NCBI GenBank assembly: GCA_947463785.1 | Contig: CANHRG010000008.1 | Coordinates: forward strand, 2,636 to 66,635 | Source of the DNA: Sphingobacteriaceae bacterium | GTDB taxonomy: Bacteria; Bacteroidota; Bacteroidia; Sphingobacteriales; Sphingobacteriaceae | DNA length: 64,000 nucleotides | Reading direction: 5' to 3' | Shown: positions 28,721 through 37,482 of the stretch, piece by piece | Position numbering within the stretch: the first letter of the stretch is position 1 | How the letters are laid out: each line of letters begins with the position of its first letter | The notes under the pieces: model-generated | Database searches by the model: none | What the model was told of the DNA's origin: nothing | What the model saw: the letters and a program-made list of their open reading frames with translations, nothing else | Made by a program: the position numbers and the translations under genes

Positions 28721-30385
28721 ATGAGCGAAGAACGGTCGTTAAATTTTTTAGAAGAGCTAATTGAGGAAGATATTAAAACCGGCAAACACGGTGGCCGTGT
28801 ATTAACCCGTTTTCCGCCTGAGCCCAATGGCTACCTGCATATTGGTCATGCTAAATCCATTTGCCTAAACTTTACGCTTGGCGAAAAATACAATGGCAAA
28901 ACGAATTTACGTTTTGACGATACCAACCCGGTAACTGAAGAAACCGAATATGTAGAGAGTATAAAAAAAGATATTGAGTGGCTGGGATTTAAGTGGGCAC
29001 AAGAACTCTATACTTCTGATTATTTCGATCAACTCTATGATTTCGCCATTCAGCTGATTAAAAAGGGCTTGGCCTATGTAGATGACAGTGCCGCCGAAGA
29101 AATTGCGGCTGGTAAGGGAACACCAACTGAGCCAGGAAAACCCTCGGTTTACCGCGATAGAAGTGTAGACGAAAACCTGCGTTTGTTTGAAGAAATGAAA
29201 GCAGGTAAATACCCGGATGGCGCAAAGGTTTTGCGGGCTAAAATTGATCTGGCTTCGCCAAACATGCATCTTCGAGATCCTTTGATGTACCGCATTAAAC
29301 ATGCGCATCATCACCGTACGGGAGGTAAATGGTGCATCTACCCGATGTATGATTTTGCTCATGGACAAAGTGATGCCATTGAAGAAATTACGCACTCCAT
29401 TTGTACACTTGAATTTATTCCTCATCGTCCATTATACGATTGGTTCATTGAAAAACTGGAGCTTTTCCCTAGCCATCAGTATGAATTTGCTCGCTTAAAC
29501 ATCAATTATGCGGTAATGAGTAAACGCAAATTGCTGCAATTGGTAAACGAGAAATACGTAAACGGTTGGGACGATCCACGCATGCTGACTATTAGTGGTT
29601 TGCGACGTCGCGGTTATACGCCGGCAAGTATCCGTAATTTCTGCGATCGTATTGGTGTAGCCAAACGCGAAAACCTGATCGAGATGAGTTTACTTGAGTT
29701 TTGTATTCGCGAAGATTTGAATAAAACGGCTTGGCGCCGCATGGCGGTATTGGATCCAATTAAATTGGTGATTACCAATTATCCGGAAGGTCAAGAAGAA
29801 CTACTACATGGTGAAAATAATCCTGAGGTAGAAGGCGGTGAAGGCGCCAGAGCGATTCCGTTTAGCAAAGAATTGTGGATTGAGCGTGAAGATTTTATGG
29901 AAGAACCACCTAAAAAGTTCTTCCGTTTAGGTCCGGGCTTGATGGTTCGTTTAAAGCATGCTTACATAGTAGAGTGTCTTGATTTTGTGAAAGACGCAAG
30001 CGGTAAAGTGACCGAAATTCATTGTACCTATATTCCTGAATCCAAATCGGGTAACGATACGAGTGGCATACATGTAAAAGGGACGATCCATTGGGTGAGC
30101 GTGGCACACGCCAAAACCGCTGAAATCAGATTGTATGACCGTTTATTCCAGGTAGAAGATCCTTCCAATGAAGAAGGAGATTTTAAGGAGTACATCAATC
30201 CGGATAGTTTGCAAATAATTAAGCAGGCCTACATTGAGCCCGATTTACTGCAAGCTCAGAAAGGCAAGGGTTATCAGTTTATCAGAAAAGGCTATTTTAC
30301 TTTAGATTCCGATTCTACAGCGGATAATTTAGTGTTCAACCGCACGGTTACCTTAAAAGACAATTGGGCTAAAAAATCTGAATAA
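28721..30385 (+). CDS. glnS: Glutaminyl-tRNA synthetase
   Basis: Class I motifs are present: HIGH as [10 protein letters not shown] and KMSKS as VMSKR, on a GlnRS-like body. I chose the ATG at 28721 ([11 protein letters not shown]). The upstream extension looks non-coding. Confidence 0.93.
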   Translation: MSEERSLNFLEELIEEDIKTGKHGGRVLTRFPPEPNGYLHIGHAKSICLNFTLGEKYNGKTNLRFDDTNPVTEETEYVESIKKDIEWLGFKWAQELYTSDYFDQLYDFAIQLIKKGLAYVDDSAAEEIAAGKGTPTEPGKPSVYRDRSVDENLRLFEEMKAGKYPDGAKVLRAKIDLASPNMHLRDPLMYRIKHAHHHRTGGKWCIYPMYDFAHGQSDAIEEITHSICTLEFIPHRPLYDWFIEKLELFPSHQYEFARLNINYAVMSKRKLLQLVNEKYVNGWDDPRMLTISGLRRRGYTPASIRNFCDRIGVAKRENLIEMSLLEFCIREDLNKTAWRRMAVLDPIKLVITNYPEGQEELLHGENNPEVEGGEGARAIPFSKELWIEREDFMEEPPKKFFRLGPGLMVRLKHAYIVECLDFVKDASGKVTEIHCTYIPESKSGNDTSGIHVKGTIHWVSVAHAKTAEIRLYDRLFQVEDPSNEEGDFKEYINPDSLQIIKQAYIEPDLLQAQKGKGYQFIRKGYFTLDSDSTADNLVFNRTVTLKDNWAKKSE

Positions 30386-30391
30386 GATACT

Positions 30392-30826
30392 ATGGATAAT
30401 CCGAAATTGGCTTGGTTAAGGGCTCATATTGGCGAATCGACTAAAAAAAGTCCTTCCCCCTTTGCGCACTGGCTAGATGGAATTGTAGAAACTGTTGAGT
30501 TTGGCGATCTATCTATTCGTTATACTGTAAGACCAGATATGACCAATCCTCATGGATTATTACACGGTGGGGTTATTGCAGGAATATTGGATGACGTGAT
30601 TGGCACCTGTGTGGCCAGCTTGGGTAAAGAACAAGCTTTTGTTTCCATAAATCTTTCGGTAGATTTTGTTCAGGCAGCCCGCGTAAGCGATGAAGTTATT
30701 GCCCGAGCGAAAGTAATTCGAAATGGTAGAACCGTAGTTTACCTGCAGGGAGAACTTTTCAATAAGCAGGGTAAATTATTAGCTATGGCCACAAGTAATT
30801 TAGTGGCCGTACCTTCAAAATCTTGA
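30392..30826 (+). CDS. PaaI/4HBT-family hotdog thioesterase
   Basis: Motif LHGGVIAGILDDVIG in a protein of 144 aa. Confidence 0.8.
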   Translation: MDNPKLAWLRAHIGESTKKSPSPFAHWLDGIVETVEFGDLSIRYTVRPDMTNPHGLLHGGVIAGILDDVIGTCVASLGKEQAFVSINLSVDFVQAARVSDEVIARAKVIRNGRTVVYLQGELFNKQGKLLAMATSNLVAVPSKS

Positions 30827-30915
30827 GTTTAATCCCAAGTTTATTTTCACCTACCTCAATCAACTAAAAATTCTTATTATATAATTTTTAAGCAATAAAG
30901 TTGCTGATAATTTAG

Positions 30916-30923
30916 TATATTTG
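30916..30923 (+). promoter_or_regulatory. Candidate -7 promoter box (TATATTTG) driving a long leader or sRNA upstream of the DUF892 gene
   Basis: Exact TAnnTTTG match. It is the only such match on the + strand between 30827 and 31183. Confidence 0.4.
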
Positions 30924-31030
30924 TTTCTCACTGAATTGCCAGAGATTGTATTAAATCTCCATCGTACTGCATCAGCTTTTTGGGGAAACTGCGATTTATA
31001 ACTGAACAAAAAATCTGCTCTGCTGCACCA

Positions 31031-31105
31031 ATTGCGTGGGCGTATGCTTTGTTCGTGGGTAGTCGCAGTACCTATTCCCCTGGTGTACTTCCCCACGCAA
31101 TTTTT
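31031..31105 (+). terminator. Long-stem intrinsic terminator-like element inside the leader
   Basis: Perfect 10-bp arms ATTGCGTGGG (31031-31040) and CCCACGCAAT (31092-31101), running directly into TTTTT (31101-31105). Confidence 0.45.
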
Positions 31106-31182
31106 AATCACCAAATTTTTAAAAATTGAAACCAAGTCCAAGCGGGGCTGTTTTAATGCTAGTAAGAATTAAATCTACAGAT

Positions 31183-31731
31183 ATGAAAACTACTACACCA
31201 ACTCCCCAAAAAGTCACTATAGATTACCACGATTCAGCTTTGTTTGACTTGTTTGTAACCGAACTCAAAGACGTGTATTGGGCTGAAAAGTACATCGTGA
31301 AAAATTTGCCAAAAATGGCTGAGGCTGCCACTTCCGAAGATTTGAAAGAGCTATTGAATGCACATTTGGACGAAACTCAAAATCAGGTAGAGCGTTTAGA
31401 AGAAATTTTTCAGCTAATTGACAAGCGAGCCGTGGGTAAACGTTGTGATGGCATGGATGGTTTGATTGAGGAAAGCAGAACCATTATCGATAAAACGGAG
31501 GATGGGACATTAACCCGAGATGTGGGTTTGATTGCTTCTGCTCAGAAAATAGAACATTACGAAATTGCTACCTATGGCACCTTAAAAACCATTGCTGCTG
31601 TTCTGGATTTGGATGATCAGATCATTGATTTACTCACTGAAACACTGGAAGAGGAGAAAGAAGTAGACCAAAAGCTAACCCAATTGGCGGAGAGTCATAT
31701 AAATGAGGATGCACGAGAAGAGGAGAATTAA
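31183..31731 (+). CDS. DUF892 / YciE-YciF-like ferritin-like stress protein
   Basis: Shows the typical family pattern (LKDVYWAEKYIVKNLPKM...HLDETQNQVERLEEIF...AQKIEHYEIATYGTL). I chose the ATG at 31183. The TTG at 31126 would add a non-homologous extension. Confidence 0.82.
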   Translation: MKTTTPTPQKVTIDYHDSALFDLFVTELKDVYWAEKYIVKNLPKMAEAATSEDLKELLNAHLDETQNQVERLEEIFQLIDKRAVGKRCDGMDGLIEESRTIIDKTEDGTLTRDVGLIASAQKIEHYEIATYGTLKTIAAVLDLDDQIIDLLTETLEEEKEVDQKLTQLAESHINEDAREEEN

Positions 31732-31753
31732 GCTTTTCTGTGCTCAAGAAATT

Positions 31754-31779
31754 AGGTCATCCATGGAGATGGCCTTTTT
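31754..31779 (+). terminator. Rho-independent terminator after the DUF892 gene
   Basis: An 8-bp stem AGGTCATC/GATGGCCT with one G-U pair, a loop CATGGA, then TTTTT. Confidence 0.65.
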
Positions 31780-31783
31780 GTGT

Positions 31784-32263
31784 TTAAGGGATAAAATGAT
31801 GGTTGATGGACTGCCAATAAACCGGACTAATGTATGGCTTGTATTTTAATTGCTTTACGGCAGATAGGTAAACAAAACTTTTGATCAGTTTTCGGCAATT
31901 TGGATGATTGCAAGTACACTTCATAGACCAATATGGATCCAGTTCGGTGCTGGAATAGTCTAGCAATAGTTCTGAATGTGCACTTATCACTTGCGCTGCA
32001 ATGACCTCCTGGTGTTCATTGATAAAAACATTGGGTTCACAGCAATGATTTAAAAACAATACCGGGCTTTCTGAAGCAGGAATGATCCATTCTCGATCTG
32101 CAACCCCAATCCAATTTGAACCAATTTTTGCGAATTCGGGGGTGTATTCGTGGCTGATTCGCTCTCCCTCAAAACGCAGTATGCATTCAGCCGGTTCAAT
32201 GGTTTTAGCAGTAAACAATCCTCTGCCGGCAATTGCAGAACCCGAAATGTACCAATCTTCCAT
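31784..32263 (-). CDS. SET-domain protein (putative protein-lysine N-methyltransferase)
   Basis: SET motifs are present: GRGLFT, LNHCCEPN, ELLLDYS, and a post-SET Cys cluster CTCNHPNC. Confidence 0.85.
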   Translation of the reverse strand: MEDWYISGSAIAGRGLFTAKTIEPAECILRFEGERISHEYTPEFAKIGSNWIGVADREWIIPASESPVLFLNHCCEPNVFINEHQEVIAAQVISAHSELLLDYSSTELDPYWSMKCTCNHPNCRKLIKSFVYLSAVKQLKYKPYISPVYWQSINHHFIP

Positions 32264-32673
32264 ATCGCTTATATCTACTTCTGTCTTACCTTATTGATGG
32301 ATAATCAATAGCTTTCTGTGCTCGCAAATTCGGACCGATGTTTTCACAATCGTCCAATTCTTGCTTATGATTTCTAAGGGTTTTAACGATGAATTAGTAG
32401 AAATATTTTCTAAAAACAGAATTCTCCATAAACACCAAGTTTGAGCCAAAATTGGATGACAGGGCAGTTCGTTATGAGGTAATTTCTGGACTAATTTAGA
32501 GAGAACCCTTAGTTGTGGAGTTCCACTATTGAAATCAAAATCACTGATTATCAGGTTTATTCTGCTTGGGTAAGCGGTTGATCCCAGTCAACCGATGCAA
32601 ATACGATATCTACTTTTACTACAAAAAATGGGGGCTATATATTTTTTACCGGATAGGCTTGCCCATGCTCTTT

Positions 32674-33927
32674 TTAGGATTTTTCTTCCCAGATCAGCGC
32701 TAGATTAATCAAGGTTTCGACTGCCTTTTGCATATCCTGCACAGAAACCCACTCCACTTTACTATGGAATGCATGTTCGCCGGCAAAAAAATTAGGGCAC
32801 GGTAATCCCATAAATGAAAGTCTGGAGCCATCGGTGCCTCCCCGAATGCTTTGAAGCTTAGGCTGAAGTCCGGACCTATGTAGTGCCTCTATTCCAAAAT
32901 CAATGAGTTGTGGATGTTGGTCCAGCACTTTTTTCATATTTCGGTACTGCTCAGTTACTGTGAAAGAATAGCTAGATTTTGGATACTGGAGCAGTACTTT
33001 TTGGGTAATAGCTTCCACTAGTTTTTCGTGTTCTACTAAAGCTTCGTCTGTAAAATCACGAATGATAAATTCTAAACGGGCTTCTTCTACGCTACCTTGT
33101 ATGGCAACCGGGTGGATAAATCCTTCATTACCCGCTGTACTCTCCGGACTCAGTTTTTCTTTGGGTAATTCCGCAACAATTTCAGAAGCGATTTTAATGG
33201 CACTTTCCATGTTTCCTTTGGCAAAGCCGGGATGTGAGCTTACGCCATGAATTGTGAGGGTTATGCCATCGGCAGAAAAAGTTTCATTTTCGATTGAACC
33301 AAGTGTTTCACCATCAACGGTATAGGCAAAATCGGCTCCTAACTTTTTAAGATCTACCTTATTTACACCTCTGCCAATTTCCTCGTCGGGGGTAAATAAA
33401 ATTTTTAATGTTCCGTGTTTAACTTCCGGATGTTTCACAAAAAAATGGACTACATCCATAATCTCTGCCAAACCCGCTTTATTATCTGCACCCAATAAGG
33501 TAGTTCCGCTGGCGCTTACAATGTCATTTCCGATTTGATTTTCTAGGTCCGGATGATCAACTAAACGAATGACCTGATTCGGGTCATCGGGCAATACCAA
33601 ATCCTCACCCTGATAATTGTAATGAATAATGGGTTTCACTCCTGCTCCGCTACAATCTGGAGAAGTATCCATGTGTGAGCAGAAGCAAATTACAGGGACC
33701 TTTTTATCGGTAGTTGCCGGAAGCGTGGCATACACATAGCCATGCTCATCCAGGTGAGCATCACTCAAACCCAATTCCAAGAGCTCATTCACCAATACAC
33801 GTCCTAAGTCTTTTTGTTTTTCTGTAGAGGGGCAAGTTGGTGAATTAGGATCCGATTGAGTGTCGATTTTTACATAGTTTAAAAATCGATTCAATGCCGT
33901 GTATTGATAATTTTTTAGTGCTTCCAT
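32674..33927 (-). CDS. pepT: Peptidase T (tripeptide aminopeptidase, M20B)
   Basis: M20 metal ligand and catalytic motifs are present (SHMDTSPD, GADNKAG, TPDEEIG), with a PepT-like N-terminus (RFLNYVKIDTQSD). Confidence 0.9.
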   Translation of the reverse strand: MEALKNYQYTALNRFLNYVKIDTQSDPNSPTCPSTEKQKDLGRVLVNELLELGLSDAHLDEHGYVYATLPATTDKKVPVICFCSHMDTSPDCSGAGVKPIIHYNYQGEDLVLPDDPNQVIRLVDHPDLENQIGNDIVSASGTTLLGADNKAGLAEIMDVVHFFVKHPEVKHGTLKILFTPDEEIGRGVNKVDLKKLGADFAYTVDGETLGSIENETFSADGITLTIHGVSSHPGFAKGNMESAIKIASEIVAELPKEKLSPESTAGNEGFIHPVAIQGSVEEARLEFIIRDFTDEALVEHEKLVEAITQKVLLQYPKSSYSFTVTEQYRNMKKVLDQHPQLIDFGIEALHRSGLQPKLQSIRGGTDGSRLSFMGLPCPNFFAGEHAFHSKVEWVSVQDMQKAVETLINLALIWEEKS

Positions 33928-34041
33928 GCGTATTCCAAATCCTGAAAGCTAAAAATAATATTTTCTAAGATGCTTTTGGGTAGCATTTGTTTTTAGTACC
34001 TATTCATTCAATTAATGCGGATAAAATCTTATTTTTCCACT

Positions 34042-35769
34042 ATGAAAAAGCTTTTCCTAGTTCAATTACTGATGATTTTCTGTGTAAGCCTTATTGCACA
34101 AATTACCCCCTTTGAGCGTGACCCCACTAAAAACACAACGGCCACGTATACTGAAACGATAGCGTATTATCAGCAATTGGATAAAATATTCGATCAATTA
34201 AAACTAATTAGTTGTGGACCAACAGACAGTGGTAAGCCTTTGCATTTGGCCGTTTTATCGAAAAACAAGGTCTTCGATCCGGTACTCCTTAGGCAGCAAA
34301 ATAAACACATTATTTTAATTAATAACGGAATACACCCTGGGGAGCCTGAAGGTATTGATGCCAGCATGATGTTGGTTCGAGACTTGTTAAAGAACAATAT
34401 AATCCCTGATAATGTGGTACTTTGTTTTATTCCTATCTACAATATCGACGGAAGTTTGAATCGATCATCCACTTCCAGAGCCAATCAGAATGGTCCGCAA
34501 GCCTATGGTTTTAGAGGGAATTCCAGGAATTTAGATTTGAACCGCGATTTCATTAAAACCGATTCGAAAAACTCGAGATCCTTTCAAGAAATTTTCAATA
34601 CCTGGAAACCCGACATTTTTATCGATAACCACACTAGCAACGGGGCAGATTACCAGTACGTCATGACTTTGATCGAAACCCAGGCCGATAAACTGAGTCC
34701 AGTATTGTCTAAGTTCATGACCGAGCAATTGACCCCATCACTTTTCAGCCAAATGAAAGCCAAAGGCTGGGACATGACACCTTATGTAGACCATGTTGGT
34801 GAAACCCCCGATTCGGGTATTGAGGCTTTTTTGGAAACTCCTCGTTTTAGTACCGGTTATACCACCTTGCACCAAACCATTGGTTATGTGCCCGAAACAC
34901 ACATGCTCAAATCCTTTCAACAGCGTGTGAAAGCAACTTACGCCTTGATGGAGTGTTTTATCGATTTCTCGAAAAGGCACAGCGGTCAACTTGCTGAAGT
35001 GAGGAAACAAGCTCTAAATCAAGCCAAGCTGCAAAAAGAGTTTGCTCTGAATTGGAAATTGGACGAAACCAAGGTGGATAGTTTTCATTTCAAAGGTTTT
35101 GAGGCTGGCCGAAAACCTAGTGATATCAGCGGGCAGCCCCGATTATTTTACGATCGCACGAAACCTTTCCAGAAAAATATTCCCTGGTTTAAACACTTTA
35201 AACCTACATTGACTGTTCAAGCGCCTCTGGCTTATGTGATTCCACAGGCTTGGCAAGAGGTTATCGACCTATTGCGATTGAATGGGGTGCAGCTGGAACG
35301 ATTGAAAAAGGATACACTCATGAATCTCGAAATGTACTACATAACCGATTACAAGAGTCCGGCTAAACCTTACGAAGGACATTATTTACATACCCAGGTT
35401 GCTGTAAAATCCGTTAAGCAGACCGTTCAGTTTCATGAGGGTGATTACATGGTTCGAGTTAATCAAACTCAAAATCGATACATCGTAGAAACCCTGGAAC
35501 CTCAAGGGGTAGATTCTTTCTTTGCTTGGAATTTTTTCGATTCCATTTTAGGGCAGAAGGAATACTTTTCGAATTACGTATTTGAGGATACCGGTGCAGA
35601 AATCCTGAAGAATAATCCGGAATTGAGAAAACAATTGGAAGAGGAGAAGTCTAAAAATGAGCAGCTGAACAAAAGTGGTGCAGCACAATTAGATTGGGTA
35701 TATCGTCATTCCGATTATCTAGAGAAGACTTTTATGCGTTATCCGATTGGAAGGTTGACGAGCAACTAA
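34042..35769 (+). CDS. M14-family zinc carboxypeptidase, secreted
   Basis: Has a signal peptide from the ATG at 34042 (MKKLFLVQLL) and the zinc motif HPGEPEG. NLDLNRDF is typical of M14 peptidases. Confidence 0.82.
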   Translation: MKKLFLVQLLMIFCVSLIAQITPFERDPTKNTTATYTETIAYYQQLDKIFDQLKLISCGPTDSGKPLHLAVLSKNKVFDPVLLRQQNKHIILINNGIHPGEPEGIDASMMLVRDLLKNNIIPDNVVLCFIPIYNIDGSLNRSSTSRANQNGPQAYGFRGNSRNLDLNRDFIKTDSKNSRSFQEIFNTWKPDIFIDNHTSNGADYQYVMTLIETQADKLSPVLSKFMTEQLTPSLFSQMKAKGWDMTPYVDHVGETPDSGIEAFLETPRFSTGYTTLHQTIGYVPETHMLKSFQQRVKATYALMECFIDFSKRHSGQLAEVRKQALNQAKLQKEFALNWKLDETKVDSFHFKGFEAGRKPSDISGQPRLFYDRTKPFQKNIPWFKHFKPTLTVQAPLAYVIPQAWQEVIDLLRLNGVQLERLKKDTLMNLEMYYITDYKSPAKPYEGHYLHTQVAVKSVKQTVQFHEGDYMVRVNQTQNRYIVETLEPQGVDSFFAWNFFDSILGQKEYFSNYVFEDTGAEILKNNPELRKQLEEEKSKNEQLNKSGAAQLDWVYRHSDYLEKTFMRYPIGRLTSN

Positions 35770-35787
35770 CTACTAATTACTCAATAA

Positions 35788-36426
35788 ATGCAAGAATTCA
35801 TCACTCAGACTCCCGTTGCCAGCATTATTTTCTTGTTCACTGTAGTGACCAGCATCTATGCTTTTTCAAACTACGAAGTTTATGGGAAATTCATGTTGCA
35901 CCCCTACAGTGTTAGTCGTGGTCAAAAACTATATACCCTAATTACCAGCGGATTGATACACAAAGATTGGACGCATTTGCTGTTCAATATGCTCTCTTTT
36001 TACTTTTTTGCTTTTCCGCTTGAGCGGACTTTGGCATCTATCAGTGCTTGGGGGCATGTTCACTTCGGCCTAATCTATGTGTTGAGTTTGGTTTTGAGTG
36101 ATGTTAGTTCAATTACCAAACACAAAGATCATTTCTGGTACAATAGTTTGGGAGCTTCGGGGGCAGTTTGTGCTGTGGTGTTCAGCTATATTTTATTCTA
36201 TCCATTAACTAAAATGCTTATTCTGCCCATACCAATTCCTATTCCGGCAGTTTTATATGGATTTTTATTTTTGGGCTATTGTTGGTATGCAGCACGTCAT
36301 GCTAGTGATCACATCAACCACGATGCACACTTTTATGGTGCATTAACCGGAGTACTACTTACGGTTATTTTACATCCGGATATTGTGCCTTACTTTCTGG
36401 GGCAATTGATGGGAACTAGGATTTAA
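35788..36426 (+). CDS. Rhomboid-family intramembrane serine protease
   Basis: Six TM segments, the motifs HKDWTHLLFNM and GASGAV (catalytic Ser), and a downstream His (HFYGALTG). Confidence 0.85.
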   Translation: MQEFITQTPVASIIFLFTVVTSIYAFSNYEVYGKFMLHPYSVSRGQKLYTLITSGLIHKDWTHLLFNMLSFYFFAFPLERTLASISAWGHVHFGLIYVLSLVLSDVSSITKHKDHFWYNSLGASGAVCAVVFSYILFYPLTKMLILPIPIPIPAVLYGFLFLGYCWYAARHASDHINHDAHFYGALTGVLLTVILHPDIVPYFLGQLMGTRI

Positions 36427-37406
36427 AGAAGGATACCCTCCGCTTTTTTAAAGCTTCCGTCCTGGTTGAGTAAGAAGCTCATTGGCTCCTCTGGATTTTT
36501 AATGATTTCTAGTAATACAAAGCCCCAAGGTTTCCAGAAATTTTCGAGCACTTGGCCATAGGTTTTATTATCCCAATGATCAAAAATGGGTTTAGCGCTT
36601 ATACCTTGCAATGGCATCGGTTCAATATAAACCGTTTCTTCGGTAGGCATTAAGGTGTATTCAGGCAAACGATTAAAGAGGTATGCCGAATAGAAGAATC
36701 GGGCACAAATTTCCTCAAACTGAATGGGATGTAGATTTTCTGTTTTTACTTTTTCTAGCATTTCACGGTGGTACTGACCGTTAGCGCCATTATCCTGCAG
36801 GCAGGCAATTATTCCAAAATCGCCAGCTCGCAAACTAAAGCTTAAGGTATTGATCTCATCGCGGTAGCTGAAAAAATCGGCTTCTTGGTTCACCCTAAAC
36901 AACTCAATACTCCAAGGATTTCGTTCTTCAAAAACCACAGGCCGAATTATGGATTGTAGCATGAGGTGCAAGTTGCCAAACTTGTGCGCCATGGCTTGAG
37001 AAAGATTAAACAGCTCACCTTGTGCCTGTTGTTGTCGAATACCTTGACGAATTTCGTGGAAAATGATACCATACACCATTTTGCCAATCCACTGAAATAG
37101 TCGTTCTTCGGGTAGATCTTTTAGTGCATCATAGCCTCCGGCGAAAGCCTGTTCCACCTCACGCTCTAAGGGTTCAAGAAACTGCTGATAAATTTGGGCC
37201 GAACAAGGTATCTTAATGTCTTTGTAGGTGCTGATGCTCTCGTCGAGGAGTTTAAAAGCTTTATCTTCCAAGTTGAAACGCTGTATGAACCACAATGAAA
37301 AAACGTTAATTGTTTCTTCGGGTGATTGCAATTCATGCCCACTTAAAAAACAATGCCGAGCATCGAACTGCATGCGTTTGAATGGTTCATACAAAGCTGA
37401 AAGCAT
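36423..37406 (-). CDS. Hypothetical protein with no recognised domain
   Basis: A 327-aa ORF with coding-like composition. Its stop overlaps the rhomboid stop within a shared TTAA. An alternative start exists at Met12 (37373). Confidence 0.6.
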   Translation of the reverse strand: MLSALYEPFKRMQFDARHCFLSGHELQSPEETINVFSLWFIQRFNLEDKAFKLLDESISTYKDIKIPCSAQIYQQFLEPLEREVEQAFAGGYDALKDLPEERLFQWIGKMVYGIIFHEIRQGIRQQQAQGELFNLSQAMAHKFGNLHLMLQSIIRPVVFEERNPWSIELFRVNQEADFFSYRDEINTLSFSLRAGDFGIIACLQDNGANGQYHREMLEKVKTENLHPIQFEEICARFFYSAYLFNRLPEYTLMPTEETVYIEPMPLQGISAKPIFDHWDNKTYGQVLENFWKPWGFVLLEIIKNPEEPMSFLLNQDGSFKKAEGILL

Positions 37407-37410
37407 GCGC

Positions 37411-37418
37411 CAAAGGTA
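37411..37418 (-). promoter_or_regulatory. Candidate -7 box (TACCTTTG on the minus strand) for the orphan gene
   Basis: Exact TAnnTTTG match only 4 nt from the ATG at 37406. This implies either a leaderless mRNA or use of the Met12 start. Confidence 0.3.
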
Positions 37419-37482
37419 AAAAATATGTTGGCTTGCCGGATTTTTTCACTTAATTCGTTAGTCATTTATTCCAAACCACTTT

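Noticed and set aside
30860-31141. A 93-aa minus-strand ORF filling the gap upstream of the DUF892 gene.
   Set aside because: Its composition does not look like a real protein and it has no recognisable motif. It spans a + strand -7 box and the terminator hairpin. I prefer the leader-RNA interpretation but cannot fully exclude a small protein.
31044-31172. A 42-aa + strand ORF (MLCSWVVAVPIPLVYFPTQFLI...) inside the leader. It could be a leader peptide or a small membrane peptide.
   Set aside because: Its ATG sits in the loop of the terminator helix and it would be translated through the T-tract. No supporting signal is visible. I noted it only as an alternative to test with Ribo-seq.
32373-32513. 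A long-range 8-11 bp complementarity, CTAAGGGT(TTT) with (GAGA)ACCCTTAG, that could close a 140-nt RNA domain.
   Set aside because: About one 8-mer complement is expected by chance in a 410-nt AT-rich region. There are no supporting nested helices.
32575-32594. The hairpin CGGTTGA-TCCCAG-TCAACCG, which superficially resembles a tRNA T-arm or a terminator.
   Set aside because: It lacks a TTCGAAT-type loop, any acceptor or anticodon context, and a flanking T-run on either strand.
32271-32615. The 10-nt direct repeats ATATCTACTT at both ends of the gap, considered as target-site duplications of a MITE or IS remnant.
   Set aside because: There are no terminal inverted repeats inside the repeats and no transposase remnant. 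The chance expectation is not negligible, roughly 0.1 by my estimate. I kept it only as a note inside the gap finding.
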